Assembly: GCF_018350175.1 (NCBI RefSeq)
Contig: NC_058373.1
Location: 113,586,001-113,650,000 of the forward strand
Direction: 5' to 3'
Length of the DNA stretch: 64,000 bases
Source: Felis catus
Taxonomy: Eukaryota
Shown here: positions 1-12,590 of the stretch, piece by piece
How the letters are laid out: each line of letters starts with the position of its first letter
Numbering within the stretch: the first letter of the stretch is position 1
Made by a program: the position numbers and the translations under genes
Notes under the pieces: generated by a model
Told to the model about the DNA's origin: nothing
Databases searched by the model: none
The model's input: only the letters and a program-made list of their open reading frames with translations

Positions 1-143
1 AGAGGGAGACGCAGAATCTGAAGCAGGCTCCAGGCTCTGAGCTGTCAGCCCAGAGCCCAACGCAGGGCTTGACCTCAAGAACCTTGAGATCATGACCTGA
101 GCTGAAGTTGGACACTTAACTGACTGAGCCACCCAGGCACCCC
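1..143 (-). mobile_element. CanSINE (SINEC_Fc2-like), cut by window edge
   Basis: Reverse complement of the CanSINE head and body (...gagccacccaggcacccc; ctccaggctctgagctgtcagc). Confidence 0.93.
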
Positions 144-947
144 AGTAACTTGTATTTTAAATTCATGCCTTCTTTCTGGAGATGAGTTGTTTATTTAGAA
201 GCATGTGAGAAGAAATATCCTCCTTCAAGTTTGAAGAAAAACTGATCTCTCAAGGCCTTATTTTGTTCTTTTTTCATTAGTGTTGTATAACAAGATGTTA
301 TGATCTCAGTCAAGATTTAGATCTAGGTATTTTATTTTATTAGTTTTGTGGAGAGTCACAAAAAGAAGCTCTTTGGAGTAGTTTATATAGGGAATACTCT
401 TCACTAACTTTTTTTCATGGAGTGAAGAAGGAGTAGTATGTAGCACATAAAATTATACATTTTAGGGACTTTTAGGGCCCCCAAAGATGTTACAGTTCTG
501 AGATTTGGTGGCCATGAGTGACTTGAATCCTCTTTCAAAGTTTTGAGATTTTCAGGTAGTAACTCAGGAGGAGAATATCCAGAGCATGTGTAAGCTGCAG
601 GAGACAAAGGCAGGGCCATTTCTCCCTCTGACATTTTGTTATACTAACATCTTTTTTAAAGCTTTTGTGATTGATCACACTAGGGACTTCTATAGCTTTC
701 TCTTTTATGACATTTGTGAAATATCTGATTGATTTTCACCATATTTGACACACATTATTTTTCACCATGATAAAGTATATCATTATATTTTAAGCTTTAG
801 TTCATGTTCCTGTCTTAAAACCAAATGGTAGCAGATACAAGTTTTCAATTGACACATGGTCTATTTTTACTACTTAATTGAAATGTTTCCATAATTATTT
901 AATTTCTTGGGACTTCATGGACATGATTCCTCTAAAAGTTTAGGTAA

Positions 948-1464
948 AAGGGATACAGGAGTACTGATGCATAGGGGCACTTGTACCCCAATGTTTATAG
1001 CAGCACTCTCAACAATAGCCAAATTATGGAAAGAGCCTAAATGCCCATCAACTGATGAATGGATAAAGAAATTGTGGTTTATATACACAATGGAGTACTA
1101 CGTGGCAATGAGAGAGAACGAAATATGGCCCTTTGTAGCAACGTGGATGGAGCTGGAGAGTGTTATGCTGAGTGAAATAAGCCATACAGAGAAAGACAGA
1201 TACCATATGGTTTCACTCTTATGTGGATCCTGAGAAACTTAACAGAAACCCATGGGGGAGAGAAGGAAAAAAAAAAAGAGGTTAGAGTGGAAGAGAGCCA
1301 AAGCATAAGAGACTCTTAAAAACTGAGAACAAACTGAGGGTTGATGGGGGGTGAGAGAGAGGGGAGGGTGGGTGATGGGTATTGAGGAGGGCACCTTTTG
1401 GGATGAGCACTGGGTGTTGTATGGAAACCAATTTGACAATAAACTTCATATATTGAAAAAAAAT
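948..1464 (+). mobile_element. 5'-truncated young felid LINE-1 (L1_Fc-like): ORF2 C-terminus, 3'UTR and A-tail
   Basis: ORF 907-1233 gives the L1 ORF2 end (CTPMFIAALSTIAKLWKEPKCPSTDEWIKKLW...). G-rich 3'UTR and aataaa follow. Perfect TSD aaaagtttaggtaa at 934-947 and 1465-1478. Confidence 0.97.
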
Positions 1465-2230
1465 AAAAGTTTAGGTAATAGAGAATAACATTTATGTTCA
1501 TCCCTTTGATATTACTGGGATACCAAATCCCTGCGTACATGTTAGATGTATTTGACTAGATCACTTATTTCATTGTCTACAGAAGACAGCTGTTTACTTC
1601 AATATGGGTAAAGTCTTACAGCCTTGTGAAGGGGGTAAACTTGTACTATGCTAAGTGTATTCAAATTAAGAAGGATTTATTTTATAGTATGGCAGCCTAG
1701 GAGGCTCAATATGAAAAAAATACATACTGTCCATAAGTCTAGTGTACCTAATTCATTGATACTATTATGAGAGATATAAACAGTTGCTCAGAGAATATGC
1801 AGTAGAATAACCACTACATTGTGGTTCTAGCCCTTTTCCTCTAACAAGAAACAAATCATGTACACCATTTCACCAAATTTATTTTCATCAACATCTTAGG
1901 TCTCTGGTTCATTTGCATTTTAGATCTTATCCCTACTTGCTGAAGGTAAAGCATTGTCTTCTTCATCATTAATCTCCAAAGCAGACTGTTCATATGGTGG
2001 ACGTAAGATGATACATTGAGGTGTTAGAATAAAACATTGGAAACATCCATATTTATTTTTTACCTTGTACTTCTAAAACCTCTATTTTATGTATGTTTTT
2101 AAATGCATATAAAGCATTAGAACAGTAGACTTCTGTGTACCTTAATAAAGACACATTAGGGGTAAATTTTGTTTCGATGTGTGAGATCAATAGTGTTCTG
2201 GTTCACAGAATTTCAGGTAAGCAGTAGAGG

Positions 2231-2232
<2 letters not shown>

Positions 2233-2276
<44 letters not shown>
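2233..2276. repeat. (CA)n microsatellite
   Basis: Uninterrupted AC run of about 22 units. Confidence 0.98.
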
Positions 2277-2279
<3 letters not shown>

Positions 2280-2449
2280 TAGAGTTCTTATTGCCTTTTA
2301 AAAAATGTCTCTGGAGGCTTTCTGTCTCTGAAAAATCAAATTATGCCAAAACTTAACCTCAAGGAGTCTTTACTTGCTGGAGGGTTTTGGGTGAGAAGAT
2401 TTTTTCTCCTCACAGACTTCCATAGTATTAGAAGAATTACAGTTTACAC

Positions 2450-2600
2450 TGGTTTTTAGCATGGGCTCTGGAGTCAAATGGATCTGGGTTAGAATTCAGA
2501 CTCCTCCATTTATTAACCGTATAACTGTAACTTAATAACTTTGCCAACTTTCAGTTTTCTAATATGTAAATATGGGACTTGCCTAACTTTAAAACAGTGG
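2450..2600 (+). mobile_element. MIR fragment
   Basis: gggctctggagtcaaat...ctgggttagaattcagactcctcca...cagttttctaatatgtaaa resembles the MIR core. Confidence 0.65.
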
Positions 2601-2904
2601 TATAGTGCTCAGTCTTCGATAGATCCTTAGAAAAGTTAGAGGAGGGTACTTAAAAGTATTCCTCTGATAGTAGAAACTAGTTGTTCTTTTGAATTAAATA
2701 TACTTAGCACAGAGCCTCACATACAGCTTAACAAATGATTAGTTGAAGAAAGCTCTAAGTTTATAACTAATATTTAACACCTTCATTTTACCCATGAGAG
2801 AATCTTACTTTCTTATCTCTCTTCCAGAAATAGCTTGCTTGCTTGCTTCAGGACTTTCAAATGCTAGTGGTCTATTCTCATTTTGCCCTATTAGCTCATC
2901 TGGG

Positions 2905-3125
2905 CCATATGTTGGCATACTTTTTCTGTAAAAGGCCGGATAGTAATATTTTAGGCTTTGTGGGCTATGCTGTCTCTGTGGCAACTACTAAACTCTGCCA
3001 TTATAGCTTGAAAATAACTGTAAACAATTTGCAAACAAATGGGTATAGTTGTGGTTCAATAAAACTTTGATTACAAAAACAGATGGAGGGCCAGATTTGA
3101 TCCACGGGTCATAGTTTTCAGCCCC
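2905..3125 (+). mobile_element. MER58A-like hAT-Charlie MITE
   Basis: ttttctgtaaaaggccggatagtaatattttaggctttgtggg...caataaaacttt...gggccagatttga matches the recalled MER58A consensus. Confidence 0.85.
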
Positions 3126-3288
3126 AATTCCGCACCCATCTCCCTTCTCCCTTCTCTCTAGGCTAAGAACCCAGGGCTAGTGCTACCACAAGTCCACAAG
3201 TTTATAGAATTAGGAGGAAGGGAATAGAGCAGTCTGCTCATAAAAGCAGTATTTCCTCCAACTAGTTTAAGGCATTGACCTAGTTTTA

Positions 3289-3510
3289 TTTTATTTATTT
3301 AAAAATTTTTTTAATGTTTATTTATTTTTGAGAGAGACAGAGACAGAGTGTGAGAATGGGGTGAGGCAGAGAGAGAGGGAGACACAGAATCCTGAAGAAG
3401 GCTCCAGGCTCTGAGCTGCCAGCACAGAGCCCGACTCGGGCTCGAACTCATGAACCGTGAGATCATGACCTGAGCCCAAGTGGGACGCTTAACTGACTGA
3501 GCCACCCAGG
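3289..3510 (-). mobile_element. CanSINE (SINEC_Fc2-like)
   Basis: Full body with (GA)n tract and T-rich tail. Diverged TSD attgacctagtttta / attgatctaatttta. Confidence 0.95.
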
Positions 3511-4769
3511 TATTGATCTAATTTTAAATGCAAGTAATATTTTCATGAACCCCCAGTGTTGACTTCAGTTTTATTTTAATATTACAGAAACATAAATAAT
3601 TAATGAAATAAGCTAATGACTTTTTGTATCAAATCACAGTATGAAACCATAAATGTGGGTTGCATTTACGAACAATACAGTACCATTCAAATTAATTACT
3701 GTGCTGTTAACGATGATTTGCTAAATCAAATTATTGCTTGCAACGTAAATAAATTAATTTATGGCACAGGTTCTTTTGGATTATATATATATGTATATAA
3801 TACAGAGGGAGAGAGAATATATGTATACATATATGTATGTGTATATACATATACATATTCTTCTGTTATGTATACATATACATATTTTCCTGTAGGTCAT
3901 ATGGTGACTCAACTTTCCCACCTCTTTTCTCTCTACAGAACCTTCTTCTGTTTGGGAAGGGTGACATCATTTGGCCGTCACCTGGGTGTGAATGCATATA
4001 CATTTAAAGTCTGCCATTACTCTTTTCTCATTAGTCCCTGACAATTAGTGTGATATGACTTGGCATCACTTGATTGAAAACAGACACTGACATCATGTTG
4101 CAGTTTTCATTTATAAAGTGTCTATACTAATATTTTGAGGCCATCACTGAAATGACATAAAAGTTAAAAATTCTCAGAATTTACAGACCATTGAACATAT
4201 TTACAGACTATGTTTTGAGAATGCAGTTCTATAAGTCTTGCAGAATCCTGTTTCCTGTAGTTTATGGGGCTGAGGTGTAAGGGACATTCTGCTATTGGGA
4301 TGTATGATGCAGAATCTTTGTCTTTAAAAGTGTGTCCATCCTAGTATTGGAAAAAAACCAGAACACTCTAAAACTGTTTGTAGATACTGGTTGAAAATAA
4401 CATAAGAGAAGAATTTAAATATTGCTCGCATAAAATAAATTGTGGTTATGGTTATTTATGTTGCCTTGTTATCACAGACTTCTAATTACCATACACAGAA
4501 TAGTTTTTACACATATTGTAAATTATGTATCAGATTAAAATAATAGGCTTTTCTTGCCAAAAGGGTCTTAAAGGTCACTTAGATTAACTCCTTCATTTTA
4601 CAGATGACACAGGCTGAGCGTGACCTGACTTGTTCAAGGATACTTAGCATAGGAGAGGGCAATTAATGGGTAGAATGCAAGATCTTTTGGATGCCAGTTT
4701 TGGTACTTTTTTCTGTAGTGGGATTATCTTTTTCTCTGAGACTTACAGAATAATAATGAACTTAAACTT

Positions 4770-5013
4770 CTTTTTTTTTTTTTTTAACGTTTTTATTTAT
4801 TTTTGAGAGACAGAGAGTGCCAGTGGGGGAGGGGCAAAGGGAGAGGGAGACATAGAATCCAAAGCAGGCTCCAGGCTCCAGGCTCTGAGCTGACAGCACA
4901 GAGCCTCTGAGCTGACAGCACAGAGCCCGATGTGGGGCACGAACTCACCAACTGTGAGATCATGACTTGAGCTGAAGTTGGACGCCCAACCGACTGAGCC
5001 ACTCAGGCGCCCC
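4770..5013 (-). mobile_element. CanSINE with internal tandem duplications
   Basis: CanSINE body with an extra caggctc unit and a 22-bp duplication at 4883-4926. Confidence 0.95.
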
Positions 5014-5797
5014 TGAACTGTTGACTTCTTAAAGACAGGATTATGTCTTCTATTTCTCTGATTTCCAGGGCCTCATACTATGGACAAGTAATATTTAGGA
5101 AATAACAGCTAATAAAATTACAATTATTGAATCATATTGTATACCTGATACTAATATAATGTGAGATGTCAGTTATATCTTAATTTTTAAAAGAGTATAT
5201 ATGGGACCCTGAAATAATATCACAGAGTTGTATACTAACTTCAACATCTGCAAAGAATAACTGAAAGTAAAGTTTTATCTCTTGAGCTGAATAAGGAAAG
5301 TAATTTATTAAATGATGATTAAGTTTTAGTATGGGTTACTGGTAATGCACCTATTGTTTACGGAGGAGGGAACTAATTTTAAGAGTTTTGTGAAGAGACC
5401 TGAAAAGTTTTAAAAAATTTATAATTAAGGCTTATAATATACTTACCATATATATATAATACTTACATCCATTTGAATATTTTTCTTTATTTTTTGAACA
5501 TAATTTGATTTTTTTATGCTTACTGCTGACATTCCCGCCTTGTTTTTTATACTAACCTTTATAATATGCCATGCTAGCCATGTTGTTAATTTGTCTTGTT
5601 TTCCATCTTAGAGTTTTATAAGCTATTTGAATAAAGGGGAATAAAAAACATTGATAAAAGGAGTTTAACTTTTTAACTTTCAAGATGCTTCTTCAAAAAT
5701 GCTTCAAATTGTATTTTGAACAAGCCAACCCAGATGCAAAAAATGCACAAAGTGCCAAGGTCTAAATTTTTAGTGTTTCAGAAAATTCAACAAAGTT

Positions 5798-6004
5798 TTT
5801 TTTTTTTTTTAAATGTTTGTTTATTTTTGAGAGAGACAGAGCACGAGCAGGAGAGGGACATAGAGGGAGACACAGAATTCAAAGCAGGCTCCAGGCTCGG
5901 AGCTGTCAGCATAGAGCCTGACGCGGAGCCTGAACCTGCAAACTGTGAGATCATGACCTGAGCTGAAGTCAGCCACTTAATTGACTGAGCCACCCAGGTA
6001 CTCT
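5798..6004 (-). mobile_element. CanSINE
   Basis: Typical body. TSD aattcaacaaagtt on both sides. Confidence 0.95.
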
Positions 6005-6664
6005 GAGAATTCAACAAAGTTAATTTCAATTGTTAGTATATGAATAGCATTGAAATTTCTTTTCTCTTTCCCTTCTATCTTGTTCTATCTTTATTTCTTG
6101 ATATGGTATAAATATTTTCTAGTATATGGGAACTAGTGACATATATGTCTATGGGACTAGTATATGGGACCATATATATGGGACTAGTATATGGGAATAA
6201 GTGAACTTAGAAAAGTGGTATATCAAGAAAAATTTGGATATACTATTTAAACAATCTAAGAAGAAAATGTCTTATTTTCATTGAAAGTTGTTGTTAAAAT
6301 ACAAACTATTTTACTGAGGTGATTATAACCAATTTTCCTGTTGTTGTCATCTTGATTGTTGTTCTTGATTATGTGCCTTTTAAGAATATGCATTACTCTA
6401 ATTTATTGCATAACAAAGTTTTTTTCAAAATATTAATGTTTTTTAAATGTTTAAAGCTGTTTGCAGAAAAATGAATTAAAATATGTGTATTTCTTATTTT
6501 AAAGACGTAAGTGTTTTAAATCATTAACTAGTGGAAATTATTTGTTTCTCTTTTTGTGAGGCACATATTGTAAGGTTAAGCATTTTGTTATTATTTGACA
6601 AAAGCATAAAAATACATTCTTTTTTTCTCAGTTTATTGGTAAACTTCACATGGGCCAGGACTTC

Positions 6665-6850
6665 ATTCCTTCCTTTCTAGAGAGCATGAGCAAGGGAGGG
6701 GCAGAGAGAGAGGGAGAGAGAGAATCCCAAGCAAGCTCCACACTGTCAGCACAGAGCCTGACATAGGGCTCGATCTCACCAACTGTGAGATTGTGATCTG
6801 AGCCAAAATCAACAATCGGATGCTTAACCGACCAAGCTACCCAGGTGCCC
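6665..6850 (-). mobile_element. CanSINE (older subfamily)
   Basis: Body agaatcccaagcaagctccacactgtcagc. TSD ccaggacttc. Confidence 0.9.
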
Positions 6851-6955
6851 AGGACTTCTTTTCTACCTTTAGCTGTCCCATCATGCAAAGTAAGTTTAAT
6901 CTTGTAGGGTTATATCTTATCTTAGCTATTAATAAGCATTAAAAATGAAAAAAAT

Positions 6956-7060
6956 ATGTTGTATGGAAGTGTTGAATCATTAAATTGTACACCTGAAACG
7001 AATATTACATTGTAAGTTAACTAACTGGAATTTAAATACAGACTTAAAAAAATTAAAAAA
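6956..7060 (+). mobile_element. Carnivore L1 extreme 3' end
   Basis: tgttgtatggaagtgttgaatcattaaattgtacacctgaaac...aactggaatttaaata plus A-tail. Candidate TSD aataagcat / aataggcat. Confidence 0.8.
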
Positions 7061-7358
7061 AATAGGCATCTAGGCCCATACATTTAAAATAATTAAGGCT
7101 TTATTAGTTACAAAATTAGAGTATTATGTTTATGACTTACAGGATAGGGGAGAGTGTATGTACCCCTAATTTTGACATTTATTCTTATTAACATAAAAAC
7201 TCAGTACTTGGCATTTATTGTGAAAGCCTAATGAAGCATTCTGATTGTAAAATAAGAATCCTAGACTCTAGATATATATATAAAAGTTATCGAAACTCTA
7301 GAGCTATAGTTTGTTATTGTGTAATGTTATTGTATGCTCATGTGATTTTTGGTTTACT

Positions 7359-7579
7359 TAAAAAAATTTTTTTAATGTTTATTTATTTTTGAGTGATACA
7401 GAGAGAGACAGAGTACTAGCAAAGATAGGGCAGAGAGAGAGGGAGACACAGAGTCCAAAGCAGGCCCCAGACTCTGAGCTGTCAGCCCAGAGCCTGATGT
7501 GGGGCTAAAACACATGAACTGAGGTCATGACCAGAGCTGAGGTCAGATGCTTAACCGACTGAGCCACCCAGGGTGCCCC
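7359..7579 (-). mobile_element. CanSINE
   Basis: Typical body. TSD tgatttttggttt(t)actt. Confidence 0.95.
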
Positions 7580-7996
7580 TGATTTTTGGTTTACTTTGAT
7601 TACTTCCTATAACTGCCGAAAGCAAACACTATAGGACTTCTATGCGATGACAAATGTCCTTTACAACTTTTTTTGTTTTCCATAAGTGCCTTCTGTTTGT
7701 TCATTCACAATTGAAATCAAGTTACTCTGAAAGCTACCCTTTTATTCATTCAAGTGACTAAAACTCATACTAGACTAAACCTTTGTGTATCATTACTGAC
7801 AATAATTCCAGAAAGTTGTATTTTCTTTTGTGTAGCTCTTTATAACTTCTAAAACTTTGTTTTTAGTGTTGAGAGAAGCCAAAAGCTAGAAACAGCTTAA
7901 AGTTTAATAAGTAGGCTGAATTAGTGGTGGTGCATCCAGAGAATACAATATCATGCCATTGTTAAAATGAATGAGCTCAGAAATGCACTCATAGGT

Positions 7997-8579
7997 TGTG
8001 TAGGAAAGAATTAACTGGTGTGAATTGCCCAAACCCAGCACATTCCCGAGAAAGGCGTATCTTAAAGATTGGCTCTTGTCTCTGAGACAAATTCGGTGCC
8101 CTTGGAATATTCTTTCTAGAAGAGTGTTTTCATATGCTGGAGGCCTTGGACCACACAGTACCAGTTGGATCAGATAGTTTATGCAAACAATTTGATTTAT
8201 GGTGAACACCTATGGGGACTGGAATCTGAAAGCTATGGTTAGTCATGCAGGTCCTAGATGCCTTGTGACTGACTCCCAGTAAAATCTCTGGATACCAGGG
8301 CTTGGGCATGCTTTTCTGGTTGATAACACTTCACACGTGTTGTCATACATCATTGCTGGGGAAATTAAGCATGTCCATGCAACTCCACTGTGGGATGGCA
8401 CCTGGAAGCTTGTGCCTGGTTTCTACTGGACTTTGCTCATATTCCTTTTCTCTTTGCTTATTTCAGTCTGTATCCTTTTGCTCTAAAAAGCTATAACTGA
8501 AGGTAACAGCTTTTCTGAGACCTGTGAGTCCTTTCAGTGAATCATCTCCCAGAGCATGGTCCTGGGGACCCCTGAGACA
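7997..8579 (+). mobile_element. Solo LTR, ERVL class (MER77/MER68/MER21 group)
   Basis: TG...CA termini and near-5-bp TSD taggt / taggg. Internal cttggaatattct, cagatagtttatgcaaacaa and the end gtgagtcct...ggggacccctgagaca match this LTR group. Confidence 0.8.
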
Positions 8580-8659
8580 TAGGGCATCACTAGATATGTG
8601 CAAGAATATTTATGGAAACTTTATTTGCAATTACTCACAACTGGCAAAATTTAGTTACT

Positions 8660-8820
8660 AGTATTGCATCACTTGTAATTTATTGGTTTTGATAGTTGTA
8701 CTATGGTTACACAAGATGTTAACATTAGCTGAAGCTAGTTGAAGGGTATATAGGAACTCTACTCTTTTAGCAACTGTTTGGTGAGTCTAAGATTATTTCA
8801 AAATAGAAAGTTAAAAAGGA
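8660..8820 (+). mobile_element. Old L1M (L1MC-like) 3' end
   Basis: ttgtactatggttacacaagatgttaacattag...gaagggtatataggaactct...ctaagattatttcaaaatagaaag. Confidence 0.75.
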
Positions 8821-9107
8821 GAGTAGGTTGGGGTGCTTTTATATGCTTTATGAACTGGCTCTCACAGCTCATAAAGAAATGCCCATTGGTTGTATCTAGA
8901 GAAGGAAAGTAGGGGCCAGAAAGGGATTGTCTTTTGATAAGGCATTGCATCTCATTGATATAGTCATCTGGTTCTATAGATATTACCTAACACCTTTTCA
9001 ATTATACCCTGCTCTTCATCTTTCAGCAAATCTAGCTGGCTACATTTCAAAATCTATTCAGTACCTGCTTACTTCCCATCACCTTCAGTATCATCAGCCT
9101 GGTTCCT

Positions 9108-9335
9108 GGTGGTTAAGAGTGGCTTTGGCCTTAGATGTTGGTTTGAATCATAGCCCCACTATTTGCTGATTTTATGACCCTGAGTAAGTTATTTATCCTA
9201 GCTCCAGGTCTTAGTTTCCCATATGAAAAGCAGGGATAATAATATCTGACTCATGGGGGTGTGAGGATTAAATGAGATAATGTCTATAATGTTCTTTGCA
9301 CCGTGTTTGACACATTCAGTAAAAGGTAGCCATTA
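9108..9335 (+). mobile_element. MIR
   Basis: gtggttaagagt...ttagtttcccatatgaaaagcagggataataata...gtgaggattaaatgagataat. Confidence 0.85.
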
Positions 9336-10204
9336 CTTACTAATTTGAGTATTACGTCATTCCAGATGCATGGTGTATATTATCTCTTTCCTCCAAATTT
9401 TCTTCTTCACAAAGCTGTAAGTTCCTCAGACAGAAAAATCATGTTTTACTGTTGTATCCTAGCTGTTTTGCTGATGGATGCTATTACTGCCTGCACCCTC
9501 TTAATGCCTGCTTAACTCACTTATTCTTTGTATCTCATACTGTCTTCTTTTTCTTTTTAGTTCCATCTTCAGCAATTGTGAGCAAAACTCTTTGCTAGGC
9601 ACTGTACATTGTCCTTAAGCCTTATATAAGTAACTGAAAGAAATCTGAAGAGGATGTTCACTTTTATGAAAAAAGATGAAAAGCAGAAATAGCATTCCAC
9701 ATTTGTTTTAGCGAGCCCTTATAATAGAGGCAGCATGCACCTGACCAGGGAGAGTGGCGCTGCCCAACTCCTTCCCCGAGAACTACACTCAGCATCTCAG
9801 TATTAAGCTGCCAGAGCTTTGAACTGTGTCTTTGAGCATCTGTGCTTTATCTCAATTTATTTTGTGCATCTGTTAGCAAGATGTGTCTGTCCTAAGGTAT
9901 CAGAAAACCTAAGAGAGGTGATTTTTTGGATCTGGGAATGCTCAAAACTTTTTCCATATACATTAATAGTAATTGCTTCTCCACTTTATGCCTTTTTGCA
10001 TTATGAAGGGTTTCATAGGAATGCTTTTGGATAATGGGGGAGACCTGTATCTTGTCCACTGTTCCTCTTTTTGTTTCTAACAGTTATGTAAGGAGCTTTG
10101 TACCCCTTCTCTGTCCTTTACTTGGGACTATAGATTACAAAGAGAGAAATAAAGGCAGGTAGTTAGACCTTCATAGGCTCTATTAAAACTCTGTCATGTC
10201 TCAT

Positions 10205-10324
10205 CTTTTTTTTTTTTGTAAAGATTTTATTTTTAAGTAATCTCTATACCCAACATAGGGCTCAAACTCAAAACCCTGAGATCAAGAGTCATACACTCCA
10301 CCAACTGAACCAACTAGGTGCCCC
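10205..10324 (-). mobile_element. Short (~115 bp) CanSINE lacking the (CT)n tract (SINEC_old-type)
   Basis: aagattttatttttaagtaatctctat...ccctgagatcaagagtc...aggtgcccc. TSD ct(g/a)tcatgtct(c/a)atctt. Confidence 0.9.
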
Positions 10325-10739
10325 TATCATGTCTAATCTTGACCCTTTCCCTTTCGGTACATTCTTATTCAGAAAGGGATTGCTTTTTTTTGGAGACAGA
10401 TAGATAGTGGTTAAACTGATGAGGCATAAGCATAATTCCAAAGTTATGTTGCTAAGAAAAAGCTAGAAATGAAAGCAAGTTGTAGGTCATAGTCTTTAGT
10501 GTTATTTTATATCTGTTAACACAGTGCCTTGATGTGTTTGTAGAATTTTCCCATTGAGAATCTTAAGGTTGTGGCTGAGTGGCAAACTTCAATTTTCAAG
10601 TGAGAGCAGGGATGCAGACAAATGAGGTCATTTGTCTAAGACCCCTCAAGAAATCTTTGCGTGATTGAATAATATCACTTGCTACATCTTTCTCATATTA
10701 CTACTTTTTTTTAAACAATTAAGGTCTTTTTTAAACAAT

Positions 10740-10984
10740 TTTTATTTTATTTTTATTTGAGAGGGAAGGAGAGAGAGAGAGAGAGCAAGGGGGGGAGAGG
10801 AGCAGAGGGTGAGAGAGAAAGAGAGAGAGAGAGAGGGAGGAAGGGAGGGAGGGAGAGAGAATCTTAAGCAGGCTCCACACCCAGCACATAGCCCTATGTG
10901 GGGCTCAATCCCACAATCCTGGGTCATAACCTGAGCTGAAATGAAGAGTTAGATACTCAACTGACTGAGCCACCTAGGTGGCCC
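10740..10984 (-). mobile_element. CanSINE with expanded GA-rich tract
   Basis: Head gagccacctaggtggccc with a long gagagg/ggga tract. Confidence 0.9.
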
Positions 10985-12009
10985 TGCATTGGTCTGCTCA
11001 TCTCTTTTCTGTATAGGTACATACCACTGCTATAAATTTTTCTCAAAGTATATCTTTGATCACATCCTGCTCTGTTCAGAAGCATTGGGGGTTGGAGTCA
11101 AAATGTGACTGACATCTGTAGACATTGGAGGATGGTCATGTAACTTCTTTATCTTTGGTCAGTTGATCTTTCAGTATAGGAATCTGGTCATGTGTTCCTG
11201 TAAATCTTAAGCATAGCATAGTCATTTCTGTACATACTTCCTTATCTCCTCAAGTGAGATAGGTTTTGGATAAAAAAGCAGTTTTTGCCATAGGCAAAAT
11301 TCCTTCAATGATTAACATACTTATGTACAGTGCTAATCAGAAGTTCCTAAGCTGTAGGTCACAGCAGCAAGGGAAATAGAAGCGATATGGAGTTAGACGT
11401 GCTAAGTTTCTTCCTGTTACAAGTTTATTAAGTTAGTAAATTTATTCCTCTGATAGTTCATAATTTTTAATAGAGTTTGACATCTTAGGCAAAGTTTTAG
11501 TTTTAAAACAGAAAACAACTTTACCCTAGTTAGAATGTTTTCCTTTATTGAGTGCAAAAATTTAAGTGGGCACTTAATTAACTTTGTAAGATTTAAAAAA
11601 TTTTCCATGCATTGAAGAGTCTATGTAAATATGTAACATCTGTGGTTTAAAGGTTTTGTCTTCCAATACAAATAAGATAATTTAAAATAGAAGATATTAA
11701 AAGTTAGATATTTCTCATTTGAACAATTTGTTCCCTGCCCATTTTTTGCCTTTTGTTTATATCCTTGATATTGAAAAAGATATAACCTTATCAAATTCAC
11801 ATTCTTCTATTTGTTTTGATTCTCTTAATTTGATTCAGTCTCTGCTGGGAAATGTTTTATTAAAAGAAAACATTTAAATCAAATGATTGCTCTTTAATCC
11901 TATTTTGATGGTCATAGGAGAGAAAAATGTTTAGGATTAAAAAGACAGCAGGGCCCTTCTTCTTACCATTAACAGTTTGAAAACCTAAGCTTCTTTTAAA
12001 ATTAAATTT

Positions 12010-12199
12010 AAAAAAATTAAAGTATTTATTTATTTTTTTAGAGGGAGAGCAGGGGAGGGGTAGAGAGGGGGAGAGAGAGAATCCTAAGCAGGCTCTGTGC
12101 TGTCAGCACAGAGCCCAACTTTGGGCTCAATCTCATGAACCGTGAGATCATGACTTGAGCCAAAATCAAGAGTTGGGCACTGAGCCACCAAGGTGCCCC
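12010..12199 (-). mobile_element. CanSINE
   Basis: Typical body. TSD aaaattaaa(t/c)tt. Confidence 0.92.
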
Positions 12200-12359
12200 T
12201 AAAATTAAACTTTGATCCTAAATGTTTGGTTTTTGACATCCCTTTCAAGATCAGGGACCTTATTTAGTATCTCAGAGTTTGTGTTAATTGGTTTACTGGC
12301 AAAAGTAAGTAGTTGTTGAAATTGTTCTAGTCTTGAAAAGACTGTTAATAATAAATAAC

Positions 12360-12590
12360 TGTACCTTATTGAATATTTACTTTTGTTTCAGGTGTTGTAG
12401 TGAGTGCATTTCAAACATTTTTGATTTAACATTTTAAGTAACTTTGTAAGGTAGGTTGTATTATTCCTGTTTTACAGTTTAAGGCTTATATAAGGATTAA
12501 CTAACTTTCCCAGAATCACAAAGGCTAGTAAGTGGAAGGGGTAGGGTTTGAACTCAGATCTGTCTGATTCTAACATATGTGTTCTTATTC
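12360..12590 (-). mobile_element. MIR
   Basis: gtaggttgtattattcctgttttacag...aactttcccagaatcaca...gggtttgaactcagatctgtctgattc. Confidence 0.8.

Noticed and set aside
1345..1380. G-quadruplex-like tract
   Set aside because: Standard part of the L1 3'UTR.
9742..9762. CTCF-like tgaccagggagagtggcgctg
   Set aside because: The spacing breaks the core and the near-invariant G is missing.
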